This document shows, piece by piece, positions 1-9,162 of a DNA stretch of 32,000 nucleotides (the first letter of the stretch is position 1; every line of letters begins with the position of its first letter). The position numbers and the translations under genes are program-made. This DNA is from an uncultured Candidatus Neoarthromitus sp. (lineage in GTDB: Bacteria; Bacillota; Clostridia; Clostridiales; Clostridiaceae): NCBI GenBank assembly GCA_937890765.1, contig CALADQ010000012.1, forward strand, positions 29,043 through 61,042, given 5' to 3'. The notes beneath the pieces were generated by a model. It ran no database searches. It worked only from the letters and a program-made list of their open reading frames with translations, and had not been told where the DNA came from.

Positions 1-1409
1 AATATCAACCAGCGGTTCACAAATACACAGAAGAATTATTTGGAAAAGGTTTTGTGTTTAGAGCTGGAACAATCGGAACGATAGCTGAAAAAACTGCTTA
101 TGGATACGTAAAAAGATATATGGAAGATTTTAATTTAAGTATTCCTCAACCTGAGATTGAAAGATTAGCAAAAGGTTTAACGGGCGTTAAAAGAACAACA
201 GGACAACATCCTGGTGGAATTATGGTTGTGCCAAAAGACAATGATATATTTAATTTCACGCCAATACAACATCCTGCTGATGATGTTAATGTTGATGTAA
301 TTACAACTCATTTTGATTATCATTCGATTAGCGGACGACTTTTAAAATTAGATATACTTGGACATGACGATCCCACTATGTTAAAAATGCTAAAAGATTT
401 AACGGGGCTTGACCCACAAACAATTCCTCTTAATGATTCAAAAGTTTTAAGTTTATTTACAAGTTTGAAAGCGTTAGATATTAAAGAAGATGAGATTAAA
501 GATATTTGTGATGTTGGGACTTTGGGAATTCCAGAATTCGGAACAAAATTTGTCAGACAAATGCTTTTAGACACTCTTCCAACAACTTTTTCTGATTTGG
601 TGAGAATTTCTGGTTTGTCTCACGGAACTGACGTGTGGCTTAATAACGCTCAAGAATTTATAAAAAATGGAAACACGACGCTTAAAGATTGTATTTCTAC
701 ACGTGATGATATTATGGTTTATTTGGTTTACAAAGGGCTCAATCCTAAAACAGCTTTTGACATTATGGAAAATGTGAGAAAAGGTAAAGGGCTTACGGAA
801 GAACAAGAAAACATAATGTTAGAAAATAAAATTGAAAAATGGTACATTGAATCTTGTAAAAGAATAAAGTACATGTTTCCAAAAGGGCATGCTGTTGCTT
901 ATGTAACTATGGCTGTGAGAATTGCTTATTACAAAGTTTATTATCCTTTGGAATATTACACGGCTTATTGCACCGTGCGTGCTGATGAGTTTGATGCTGA
1001 TTTAATTTGCAACGGAATCGAAAAAATAAAATCAAGAATAAATGAATTGAAATCTTTGGGCTCAGCTTTAACTCAAAAAGATAAAAGTCTTATGACAATT
1101 TTGGAAATCGTAAGTGAAGCTTACTTTCGTGGAATAAAATTTCACAAAGTTGATTTAAATAAATCTCATCACAATGATTTTAAAATAGAAAATGGAATGA
1201 TTCTTCCTCCAATAAAATCTTTGCAAGGTGTTGGAAGCATGGCGGCAAAAAATTTGTACGAAGCACGACAAGATAATGATTTCATTTCACTACAAGATTT
1301 GAAGTCGAGAGCAAAAGTTTCAAAAACTGTAATTGAAACGTTGAAGGCACATGGATGTATAGAAAATTTACCAGAAACAAATCAAACGATGATGAATTTG
1401 GATTTTTAA
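1..1409 (+). CDS. polC: DNA polymerase III alpha subunit, PolC type (3' portion, 5' truncated by window)
   Basis: Frame is open from the window edge ([36 protein letters not shown]...), so the listed start at 54 is internal. PolC motifs [62 protein letters not shown]. Followed by rimP-nusA as in Bacillota. Confidence 0.97.
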   Translation, partial: YQPAVHKYTEELFGKGFVFRAGTIGTIAEKTAYGYVKRYMEDFNLSIPQPEIERLAKGLTGVKRTTGQHPGGIMVVPKDNDIFNFTPIQHPADDVNVDVITTHFDYHSISGRLLKLDILGHDDPTMLKMLKDLTGLDPQTIPLNDSKVLSLFTSLKALDIKEDEIKDICDVGTLGIPEFGTKFVRQMLLDTLPTTFSDLVRISGLSHGTDVWLNNAQEFIKNGNTTLKDCISTRDDIMVYLVYKGLNPKTAFDIMENVRKGKGLTEEQENIMLENKIEKWYIESCKRIKYMFPKGHAVAYVTMAVRIAYYKVYYPLEYYTAYCTVRADEFDADLICNGIEKIKSRINELKSLGSALTQKDKSLMTILEIVSEAYFRGIKFHKVDLNKSHHNDFKIENGMILPPIKSLQGVGSMAAKNLYEARQDNDFISLQDLKSRAKVSKTVIETLKAHGCIENLPETNQTMMNLDF

Positions 1410-1424
1410 GTTAAATAATTATAT

Positions 1425-1453
1425 TTGCAATAATTGTTTTAATGTGTTATAAT
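1425..1453 (+). promoter_or_regulatory. Predicted housekeeping promoter of the rimP-nusA-infB operon: TTGCAA (1425-1430), 17-nt spacer, TATAAT (1448-1453)
   Basis: Near-consensus -35/-10 with optimal spacing in the polC-rimP intergenic region. Confidence 0.75.
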
Positions 1454-1491
1454 TTTAGAACATGGGCTATTTATTTGTGTTATTGCGTGGG

Positions 1492-1528
1492 AGAGTAGGT
1501 TTCTAGACCTACTCTTCTGTATTTTTAA
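1492..1528 (+). terminator. Leader hairpin with weak U-tract (candidate attenuator) upstream of rimP-nusA
   Basis: Perfect 9-bp stem AGAGTAGGT (1492-1500) / ACCTACTCT (1507-1515), 6-nt loop TTCTAG, then TCTGTATTTTT. Lies about 30 nt downstream of the promoter. Confidence 0.6.
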
Positions 1529-1556
1529 ATAAAATTTTTAGATTTAAAAGAGGAAT

Positions 1557-2042
1557 GTGATTTTGAATAATTTAGCAGATTTAGTAAGGAAAAAAATTGT
1601 AAGTTCTGTAAATGATTCAGGTTATGATTTGTATCATGTTGAATTTGTTAGAGAACTTGAACACTCTTATTTGAGAGTAATGATAACGAATAAAAATTGT
1701 GATGATGCTGTTACTATAAAGGATTGTGAAATAGTATCCAAAACAATTAATGCTTTGATAGATGATTTAAATATAGACTCTGATTTTTTTCTCGAAGTAT
1801 CTTCGCCTGGAATTAACAGAAGGTTGTATAATCTTGAACATATGAATCAAGCTATTGGAAAATTAGTTAGAATTAAATTGAAAAAGCCTATCGATGGAAA
1901 TAAAAAATATATGGGCGTTCTAAAATGCGTTGACAACGAAGAGATTACTCTTAAAGTTAAAGAAATGGAGTTAAAAATTAATCTCGATATTATTAAAAAT
2001 ATAAATTTAGAGGAAATATCTCAGGAGGATATTCATGAATAA
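1557..2042 (+). CDS. rimP: Ribosome maturation factor RimP
   Basis: DYFLEVSSPGINRRL-type motif (DSDFFLEVSSPGINRRLYN) and position immediately before nusA. TTG at 1563 has better Shine-Dalgarno spacing than GTG at 1557. Confidence 0.93.
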   Translation: MILNNLADLVRKKIVSSVNDSGYDLYHVEFVRELEHSYLRVMITNKNCDDAVTIKDCEIVSKTINALIDDLNIDSDFFLEVSSPGINRRLYNLEHMNQAIGKLVRIKLKKPIDGNKKYMGVLKCVDNEEITLKVKEMELKINLDIIKNINLEEISQEDIHE

Positions 2043-3159
2043 AGAATTTATAGATGCGCTTAAGACCATAGTTAAGGATAAAGGAATTAGTGAAGATTTA
2101 ATTTTCACAACTATTGAAGATGCTTTGATAGCTGCCTATAAAAAAAATTATTCAAATCAAGGTGCTTCTCAAAATGTTAAAGTAACAATGAATAGAGTTA
2201 CTGGAGAAATAAAAGTTTTTGCTCAAAAATTAATAGTAGAAGCTATTAGATATTCTTCTCTTGAAATTATAGTTGAAGATGCAAAAAAAATAAGTCCTTA
2301 TTATAACATTGGTGACATTTGTGATGTTGAAGTAACGCCAAAAAGTTTTGGAAGAGTAGCAGCAACTCTCGCTAAGCAAGTTGTAACTCAGAGAATAAAA
2401 GAAGCTGAACGCGATTTGTTATATTGTGAATTTGCAAAAAAGGAATTTAAAATAATCACAGGCACAGTTTTACGAAACGATGAAGACCATGTGTTTATAA
2501 ATATTGGTCGCATTGAAACTATTTTAAGGTCAAGTGACAAAATTCCAAGAGAGAAGTTTGAACGAAATGAAAAGATAAAACTTTATGTTTCTGAAGTAAT
2601 AAATTCTACAAAAGGAACTCAGGTTCGCGTTTCAAGAACGGACCCAAATTTCATAAAAAAATTATTTGAACTTGAGGTAAGCGAAATACAAGAAGGAATT
2701 GTCGAAATTAAAAATATTGTTCGTGAAGCAGGTGCAAGAACAAAAATGGCTGTTCATTCGAATCTTGAAGAAATTGACCCAATAGGTGCTTGTGTTGGTG
2801 AGCAGGGTATGCGTGTTAAAAATGTTGTCAACGAAGTTAGAAATGAAAAAATAGATATTATACGATGGAGTGAAGATCCAAATATTTATATTTCAAATGC
2901 TTTAAGTCCTGCAAAAATTTTAAGCATACATGTTGATGAAAAAAAAAGGATTGCCGATGTAGTTGTTGATGACTCTCAACTTTCTTTAGCCATAGGTAAG
3001 GAAGGACAAAATGTACGTTTAGCTGCTCGTTTAACAGGTTGGAAAATAGATATAAAACCTCTTTCTAAATGTACGGTTGAATTGTCTAACGTCCAAGCGA
3101 AAGTTGTTGAGTGTGAAGAAACTCAAGAAATTGAAGAGGATTCTTTTAATGAAGAATAA
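2035..3159 (+). CDS. nusA: Transcription termination/antitermination protein NusA (short form)
   Basis: N-terminal, S1 and KH regions; IDPIGACVGEQGMRVKNVVNEVRNEKIDIIRWSEDP and LAIGKEGQNVRLAARLTGWKIDI motifs. Confidence 0.97.
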   Translation: MNKEFIDALKTIVKDKGISEDLIFTTIEDALIAAYKKNYSNQGASQNVKVTMNRVTGEIKVFAQKLIVEAIRYSSLEIIVEDAKKISPYYNIGDICDVEVTPKSFGRVAATLAKQVVTQRIKEAERDLLYCEFAKKEFKIITGTVLRNDEDHVFINIGRIETILRSSDKIPREKFERNEKIKLYVSEVINSTKGTQVRVSRTDPNFIKKLFELEVSEIQEGIVEIKNIVREAGARTKMAVHSNLEEIDPIGACVGEQGMRVKNVVNEVRNEKIDIIRWSEDPNIYISNALSPAKILSIHVDEKKRIADVVVDDSQLSLAIGKEGQNVRLAARLTGWKIDIKPLSKCTVELSNVQAKVVECEETQEIEEDSFNEE

Positions 3160-3418
3160 GGGTGTTCTATTAAGAAAATGTATGGGATGCAATGGAATGA
3201 AACATAAAACAAATTTAATACGAATTTGTAGAAATATTTATAATCAAATCGAAATTGATGAAACTTTTAAAGCGGACGGTAGAGGCGCTTACATTTGTAA
3301 AGACAATTTATTATGTTTGGAAAAAAGCATAAAATTTAATAGAATTTCTAGAGCTTTAAAGTCGGAGGTTCCACAAAAGATAGTTACAGAACTAAAAAAC
3401 AAAATTAGAGGAAATTAA
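3149..3418 (+). CDS. rnpM: YlxR/RnpM family RNA-binding protein
   Basis: RKCMGCNGMKHKTNLIRI ... ADGRGAYICKD; nusA-ylxR-infB context. The ORF start at 3077 lies inside nusA; ATG 3149 is preceded by GAAGAGG. Confidence 0.9.
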   Translation: MKNKGVLLRKCMGCNGMKHKTNLIRICRNIYNQIEIDETFKADGRGAYICKDNLLCLEKSIKFNRISRALKSEVPQKIVTELKNKIRGN

Positions 3419-3444
3419 ATTCATAATTTGGGGAGGTAGATTTT

Positions 3445-5580
3445 ATGTCAAAAATTCGAATTTACGAGTTGGCTAAAGATTTAAATGTATCAAGTAAAGA
3501 GTTGATTAATGTTTTGAAAATGGAATTTAATGTTGATGTTAAAAATCACATGAGTGTTCTTAGTGATGAGGATTGTGAATTGATAAAAGAATATTTTAAT
3601 ATTTCAAATAGCGAAAATTTTTCTTCCAATGAAAATACAAACAAAGACGATGGTGATTTTATTAACAAAGATGATAAAGAAAACAAACAAGATATTGTTC
3701 AAGAATATGAAGATAAAATAATTGAAGAAATAGATAAGCAATCCAACAAAAATAAAAACAAAAATAAAAAACAATTCAAAAACAAATATGATAAAATTCA
3801 CTCTAATGAAATTGAATTTGATGGAACTATAGAAATTGGAAGAACAATTAGTGTTAGAGAATTATCACAAAGAATAAATAAATCAACTGCTGACATAATC
3901 AAAAATTTAATGTTCTTAGGCCTAATGGTTTCTATAAACCAGGAAATTGATTTCGAAATAGCTAAGAAGTTATGTGAAAAATACGATATAAATTGCATTC
4001 AAAAAGATGATTATTCAAATGACGATAAATATGGAACCATTTCTTCTGAAGAAGTTGATATTAAAAATCTATCTAAAAGACCTCCTATTATCACTGTTAT
4101 GGGACATGTTGACCACGGTAAAACCTCCTTACTTGATTTTATTAGAAAAACGGATGTTACACAAAAAGAAGCTGGAGGAATAACTCAACATATAGGTGCT
4201 TATAAAGTTTCTGTAAATGGAGAAATTATAACATTTATTGATACACCAGGACATGAAGCTTTTACTCAGATGAGAGCTAGAGGAGCTAAAGTTACAGATA
4301 TAGTTGTTTTAGTTGTTGCTGCTGATGATGGAATAATGCCACAAACAGTAGAAGCTATAAATCATTGTAAATCCGCTAATGTTCCAATAATAGTTGCTGT
4401 AAATAAAATTGATAAGCCTGAAGCCAATGTTGATAAGGTTAAACAAGAATTGACGGAATATGAAATTATTGCTGAAGATTGGGGAGGAAGTACCGTTTTT
4501 GTTAATGTTTCTGCTAAAACTGGCGAAGGTATAGAAGAACTTTTAGAAATGATTATTTTAACAGCAGATATACAAGAACTTAGAGCTAACAAGTTAGGTA
4601 CTCCTAAAGGTACAGTTATAGAATCTAAACTTGATAAAGGAAGAGGGCCGTTGGCGACTTTCTTAATTCAGGATGGAAGTTTAAAAATTGGTGATTCTGT
4701 TATTGTAGGAAATACATATGGGAAGATTAGGGCTATGTATGATGAAAATGATAATCCTATGAAAGAAGCTGGACCATCAATTCCTGTTTTGGTATTAGGT
4801 TTGAATGAAGTTCCTGATGCTGGTGATAAATTTGAATTTGTTAAGGATGAAAAAGTTGCTCGTCAAATATCAAATGACCGTAAAGAACAATTGAAAGATA
4901 ATTTATCAAATAATTCCAAAGTTTCTCTCGAAACTGTATACAATCAAATTAAAGAGGGAACTATAAAAGAACTGAATCTTATTGTTAAATCAGATGTTCA
5001 AGGATCTTCAGAGGCTTTAAAACAATCACTCGAAAAACTTTCATCAGAAACTATTAAAGTTAAAGTTATACATAGTGCTGTTGGTGCGATAAATGAAAGT
5101 GATATTATATTTGCTAGTACTTCATCAGCGATAATAATAGGTTTTAATGTTAGACCTGATACTAATGCTTTAGCTTTGGCGGAAAAAGAGAAAGTAGACA
5201 TTAGAACTTACAGATTGATTTATGAAGCTTTGGATGATATAAAATCGGCGATGATTGGATTGTTAGATCCTGATATTAAAGAAGTTTATTTAGGACGTGT
5301 TGAAATTAGACAACTATATAGAATTTCAAATGTTGGTACAGTTGCAGGTTGTTACGTTTTAGATGGTAAAATAAATAGAAATTGTAATGTTAGAGTTCTA
5401 AGACAAGGTGTTGTGATTTTTGAATCTAAATTATCCTCTCTTAAGAGATTTAAAGATGATGTTAAAGAAGTTGCTAAGGGTTATGAATGTGGTTTGTCTA
5501 TTGAAAATTTCAATGATTTAAAAGAGGAAGATATTATTGAAGGATTTGAAATGAAAGAATTTAAGAGAAATAACCTTTAA
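3445..5580 (+). CDS. infB: Translation initiation factor IF-2
   Basis: GTPase motifs [39 protein letters not shown]; low-complexity Asn/Lys/Glu N-terminal linker; GGGGAGG Shine-Dalgarno. Confidence 0.98.
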   Translation: MSKIRIYELAKDLNVSSKELINVLKMEFNVDVKNHMSVLSDEDCELIKEYFNISNSENFSSNENTNKDDGDFINKDDKENKQDIVQEYEDKIIEEIDKQSNKNKNKNKKQFKNKYDKIHSNEIEFDGTIEIGRTISVRELSQRINKSTADIIKNLMFLGLMVSINQEIDFEIAKKLCEKYDINCIQKDDYSNDDKYGTISSEEVDIKNLSKRPPIITVMGHVDHGKTSLLDFIRKTDVTQKEAGGITQHIGAYKVSVNGEIITFIDTPGHEAFTQMRARGAKVTDIVVLVVAADDGIMPQTVEAINHCKSANVPIIVAVNKIDKPEANVDKVKQELTEYEIIAEDWGGSTVFVNVSAKTGEGIEELLEMIILTADIQELRANKLGTPKGTVIESKLDKGRGPLATFLIQDGSLKIGDSVIVGNTYGKIRAMYDENDNPMKEAGPSIPVLVLGLNEVPDAGDKFEFVKDEKVARQISNDRKEQLKDNLSNNSKVSLETVYNQIKEGTIKELNLIVKSDVQGSSEALKQSLEKLSSETIKVKVIHSAVGAINESDIIFASTSSAIIIGFNVRPDTNALALAEKEKVDIRTYRLIYEALDDIKSAMIGLLDPDIKEVYLGRVEIRQLYRISNVGTVAGCYVLDGKINRNCNVRVLRQGVVIFESKLSSLKRFKDDVKEVAKGYECGLSIENFNDLKEEDIIEGFEMKEFKRNNL

Positions 5581-5598
5581 TAAAATGAGGTGATGTAC

Positions 5599-5949
5599 TT
5601 GGGAAAATTTAGAATGGAACGGGTAAATGAAGAAATAAAAAAGGCTGTTAGTTCATGTATTCAAAATAATTTAAAGAATCCAAAACTCACTGGTTTAATT
5701 ACTGTAACACGTGTTGAAACAACCCAAGATTTTAAGAATTCGAAAATATATTTTAGTATTTTTGATAAAAATAAAAATCAAGTTTTTGAAACTCTTAAGA
5801 CTTGTGTTGGAAAAATGAAAAAAGCTATTGCGGAAAATGTTAAAATACGTTTTGTTCCTGAGCTTGAACTTAAAATTGATGATTCAATTGAATACAGCTT
5901 TTATATTGATGACATTTTGAAAAACAATATAAATAAAGAGGGAAATTAA
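5599..5949 (+). CDS. rbfA: Ribosome-binding factor A
   Basis: ERVNEEIKKAVSSCIQNNLKNPKLTGLITVTRVETTQDFKNSKIYFSIF, between infB and nrnA-like gene. The listed start (GTG 5590) overlaps the GAGGTGAT Shine-Dalgarno; TTG 5599 is more plausible. Confidence 0.9.
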   Translation: MGKFRMERVNEEIKKAVSSCIQNNLKNPKLTGLITVTRVETTQDFKNSKIYFSIFDKNKNQVFETLKTCVGKMKKAIAENVKIRFVPELELKIDDSIEYSFYIDDILKNNINKEGN

Positions 5950-5952
5950 ATT

Positions 5953-6912
5953 ATGGTTTCGTTTGAACAAATTAAAAGCATGGTTAATGATAGTAAAAAG
6001 ATAGGATTAAGTTATCATATTTCTCCAGATGGCGATGCTATTGGAAGTCTTTTGGGTTTATATTGTTCTTTGAAATCTTTGGGTAAAGAAGTTGAAATTT
6101 TTTCAAAAGATAATCTTCAAAATAATGTTTCTTTAAAGTTTTTGCCACAAATTGAAAAAGTTGATGGTAAAATTTTTAAAGTTTCAGATGATGTTGATTT
6201 GTTAATTATCGTTGATTGTGGAAATTTAGAACGAGTATCTTGTGATTTTGATTTAGATAAAACTTCTACGTTGTGCATTGACCATCACATTAGCAATGAT
6301 AAGTATTGCAGATATAACTATATTGATTCAAAATCAAGTTCAACTGGTGAAATAGTATACGAGCTTGTTAAATTTTTGGGTGTTAAAATAACAAAGGAAA
6401 TTTCGGCTTGCATATACACTTCAATTATGACTGATACTGGCGGATTGAGATTTGAATGTTCAACTCCTAAAACTTTCAACATAGTTGGAGAACTTGTTTC
6501 GACGGGTTTTGACTTTTGGAACGTATACGAAAAAATCTTTTTATCTCAAACTTATTCTAAAGTTAGATTGTTAGGTTTGGTTTTTGATAAATTAAAACTT
6601 GTTGATGAAAAAATATGTGTGATACGTTTAACTGAAGAAATGTTTAACAGGTCTGGTGCTAGTGATGAACAAACAAATGATATTGTTAGTCATGGCCTCA
6701 CAATTGAAAATGTTAAAATTAGCATATTGATAAAAGTTTTTAGAGATAAAATTAAGGTGAGTTTGAGGAGTAAGGACGATATTAATGTTTGTGAAGTTGC
6801 CCAAAAATTTGGTGGCGGTGGACACATTAAAGCTGCAGCGTTTGTTACTGAATACACAATGGATGAAATTGAAGAAATATTAATTGGTGAGTTTAGAAAA
6901 CTTTTGAAATGA
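5953..6912 (+). CDS. nrnA: DHH/DHHA1 family phosphoesterase (NrnA-like oligoribonuclease / pAp phosphatase)
   Basis: SPDGDAIGSLLGL, DCGNLERVS, IDHHISND and C-terminal FGGGGHIKAAAF motifs. Confidence 0.88.
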   Translation: MVSFEQIKSMVNDSKKIGLSYHISPDGDAIGSLLGLYCSLKSLGKEVEIFSKDNLQNNVSLKFLPQIEKVDGKIFKVSDDVDLLIIVDCGNLERVSCDFDLDKTSTLCIDHHISNDKYCRYNYIDSKSSSTGEIVYELVKFLGVKITKEISACIYTSIMTDTGGLRFECSTPKTFNIVGELVSTGFDFWNVYEKIFLSQTYSKVRLLGLVFDKLKLVDEKICVIRLTEEMFNRSGASDEQTNDIVSHGLTIENVKISILIKVFRDKIKVSLRSKDDINVCEVAQKFGGGGHIKAAAFVTEYTMDEIEEILIGEFRKLLK

Positions 6913-7775
6913 TGAATGGAATTTTGAATGTATATAAACCTCAAAATATTTCTTCAAACTCTGTTGTTGTTAAAATTAAAAAAGTTTTGGGTATTAACAA
7001 AGTTGGACACACAGGCACTCTTGACCCTTTGGCTTGTGGTGTTTTGCCTATTTGTATTGGTTCAGCTACAAAAATCAGCGAATATTTAATTGAAAAAGAT
7101 AAAACGTATAAAGTTAAACTTAAATTTGGAATATTAACGGATACATATGATTTTGAAGGTAAAATATTAAAACAAGATTTCAATCTTAAAATTGATGAAA
7201 AAAAATTGAATTGTATTTTAAATAATTTTGTGGGAGAGTATGAGCAAATTCCTCCTAACTTTTCTGCTGTAAAAATAAATGGTAAACGTGCTTACGTTTT
7301 AGCCAGAGCAGGTGAAAGTTTTGAAATAAAGCCTAGGAAAGTAAAAATTTATTCAATAAATAATGTTGATGTGACGGATGATGAGTGTTGTTTTATTGTT
7401 AAATGTTCAAAAGGAACCTATGTTAGAAGTTTGTGTAAAGACATAGGCGAAGCTTTGGGTACTTATGGAACAATGTCTTTTCTTGAAAGAATTGAAAGCG
7501 GGCAATTTAAAAAATGCAATTCAATCAATTTTGAAAATTTATGCGTTGAAAATATTTCACAAAATTTGATTAAGATCGATAAAGTTTTGAATTTTCCAAA
7601 ATTAAAAGTGGACAATCATGAGTTTTTAAAATTAATTTTAAATGGTGTGTGCGTTAAAAATCCCAAATACATTGGAGATGTGGTTTGTGGTAAATATTTT
7701 TTGTATTACGGAGAAGAATTAAAAGGAATTTGTGAAAGGAAATCAGATTTTCTAAAAGTTATTAAAATTTTTTAA
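6909..7775 (+). CDS. truB: tRNA pseudouridine(55) synthase TruB
   Basis: GILNVYKPQNISSNSVV, KVGHTGTLDPLACGVLPICIGSATK, GKRAYVLARAGE. ATGA overlap with upstream gene. Confidence 0.97.
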   Translation: MMNGILNVYKPQNISSNSVVVKIKKVLGINKVGHTGTLDPLACGVLPICIGSATKISEYLIEKDKTYKVKLKFGILTDTYDFEGKILKQDFNLKIDEKKLNCILNNFVGEYEQIPPNFSAVKINGKRAYVLARAGESFEIKPRKVKIYSINNVDVTDDECCFIVKCSKGTYVRSLCKDIGEALGTYGTMSFLERIESGQFKKCNSINFENLCVENISQNLIKIDKVLNFPKLKVDNHEFLKLILNGVCVKNPKYIGDVVCGKYFLYYGEELKGICERKSDFLKVIKIF

Positions 7776-7792
7776 ATTAGGGTAATGAATGT

Positions 7793-8716
7793 ATGCAAAT
7801 AATTAATTCTTTACATGAAAAAATAAATGGGAACACTGTGATTTGTATTGGAAATTTTGATGGTATACATGTAGTTCATCAAAAAATTATTTATAAAACA
7901 ATCGAACAAGCTAAACAAAGTTTTTGCAAAAGTATGGTCATTAGTTTTAAGGAACATCCTGTTTCTGTTTTGAATCCTAATAAAAATCAAAAGATGTTAA
8001 TGCCTTTGTCTGAAAAAATAAATATTTTTGAAGAAATGGGCGTTGACTATTTGTCTTTGTATGATTTTAAAGATGTGAGAAATGTTTCTGCAGAATCGTT
8101 CATTGAAAAACTTTCTTTGAATTATAACATGCAGAAAATTATTTGCGGTTTTAATTTTAAGTTTGGTTATAAAAATAGAGGCGATATAAATTTGCTTAAC
8201 AAAATGTCTTTAAAATACAATTATGAAGTTGAAAAATTAGAATCCTTCAAGATGTTTCATAAAAAAGTTAGTAGTACAAAGATTAGAACTTATATTAAAT
8301 ATGGTGAGATAGAAAAGGCAAATGAATTTTTAGGAAGATTTTTTTACATTAAAGGTACGGTTGTAAAAGGAAAACAATTAGGTCGTCAATTAGGATTTCC
8401 GACAGCTAATATGACCTATAATCCTTTTTTTTCTACTCCACAAAATGGCGTGTATGCAACAATAACAGAAGTTAACGAAAAAAAATATTCTTCGATGACA
8501 AACATAGGTTATAATCCAACATTTAAGAATAAATATATTTCTATTGAAACTTATTTATTAAATTTTAATGAAAATTTATATGGAAAAGAAATAAAAGTTA
8601 ATTTTGTGAAAAAATTAAGAAATGAAGTGTTATTCCCTGATGTGCATTCGTTAGTTGACCAACTTTCAAAAGATAAAATGAATGCTTATGAAATTACAAA
8701 AAAATATTTGAAATAA
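7793..8716 (+). CDS. ribF: Bifunctional riboflavin kinase / FAD synthetase
   Basis: CIGNFDGIHVVHQ, GFNFKFGYKNRGD, KGKQLGRQLGFPTANM, SMTNIGYNPTF. Confidence 0.96.
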   Translation: MQIINSLHEKINGNTVICIGNFDGIHVVHQKIIYKTIEQAKQSFCKSMVISFKEHPVSVLNPNKNQKMLMPLSEKINIFEEMGVDYLSLYDFKDVRNVSAESFIEKLSLNYNMQKIICGFNFKFGYKNRGDINLLNKMSLKYNYEVEKLESFKMFHKKVSSTKIRTYIKYGEIEKANEFLGRFFYIKGTVVKGKQLGRQLGFPTANMTYNPFFSTPQNGVYATITEVNEKKYSSMTNIGYNPTFKNKYISIETYLLNFNENLYGKEIKVNFVKKLRNEVLFPDVHSLVDQLSKDKMNAYEITKKYLK

Positions 8717-8753
8717 ATTATATTTTTGTTATACTTATTATTGTAAAACCTTA

Positions 8754-8800
8754 AACTAGGTTATCGTTTTGTACTTTATCTTGGTTGAAGGCGATTTAGG
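8754..8800 (+). promoter_or_regulatory. Candidate structured 5' leader of rpsO (possible S15 autoregulatory element)
   Basis: AACTAGG (8754-8760) can pair with CTTGGTT (8780-8786) including G-U pairs. ATCG (8763-8766) can pair with CGAT (8792-8795) directly upstream of AGGAGG. Confidence 0.35.
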
Positions 8801-8809
8801 AGGATTATT

Positions 8810-9076
8810 ATGATTAATAAAGAAAAAAAACAAGAAATAATTAAAGAATATTCAAGACATGAAAGCGATACTGGTTCTGTTGAAGTTCAAATTGCTTTAT
8901 TAACTAAAAGGATTTCTGAATTAACTGAACATTTGAAGGTACATAAAAAAGATCACCATTCTAGAAGAGGTCTTTTGATTATGGTTGGTAAGAGAAGAGG
9001 TCTTTTAAATTATTTAATGAAACAAGACATTGATAAGTATAGAGATCTTATCAAGAGTTTGGGTATCAGAAGATAG
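8810..9076 (+). CDS. rpsO: 30S ribosomal protein S15
   Basis: [53 protein letters not shown]. Confidence 0.99.
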   Translation: MINKEKKQEIIKEYSRHESDTGSVEVQIALLTKRISELTEHLKVHKKDHHSRRGLLIMVGKRRGLLNYLMKQDIDKYRDLIKSLGIRR

Positions 9077-9091
9077 TTTAAAAATTTGTGT

Positions 9092-9125
9092 TTTAAGAGC
9101 GGCTGTTAGAATATCCGCTCTTAAA
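9092..9125 (+). repeat. Perfect 11-bp inverted repeat/hairpin between rpsO and pnp
   Basis: TTTAAGAGCGG (9092-9102) / CCGCTCTTAAA (9115-9125), 12-nt loop, no U-tract (followed by TTGTATAG). Confidence 0.8.
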
Positions 9126-9162
9126 TTGTATAGTTCAAATTTGAATGGAGGATATTTTAAAA

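Noticed and set aside
320-806. - strand ORFs inside polC (84 and 79 aa)
   Set aside because: Antisense to a strongly conserved coding sequence, no recognisable domain, frames overlap each other.
3604-3998. - strand ORFs (65 and 66 aa), one rich in Phe/Ile/Val and resembling a membrane protein
   Set aside because: Exact antisense of the Asn/Lys/Glu-rich low-complexity linker of infB. Antisense of AAA/AAT/GAA codons gives hydrophobic residues automatically; no SD or promoter.
6628-7183. Cluster of three - strand ORFs over nrnA-like/truB (65, 84, 80 aa)
   Set aside because: Antisense shadows of conserved genes; no family signatures.
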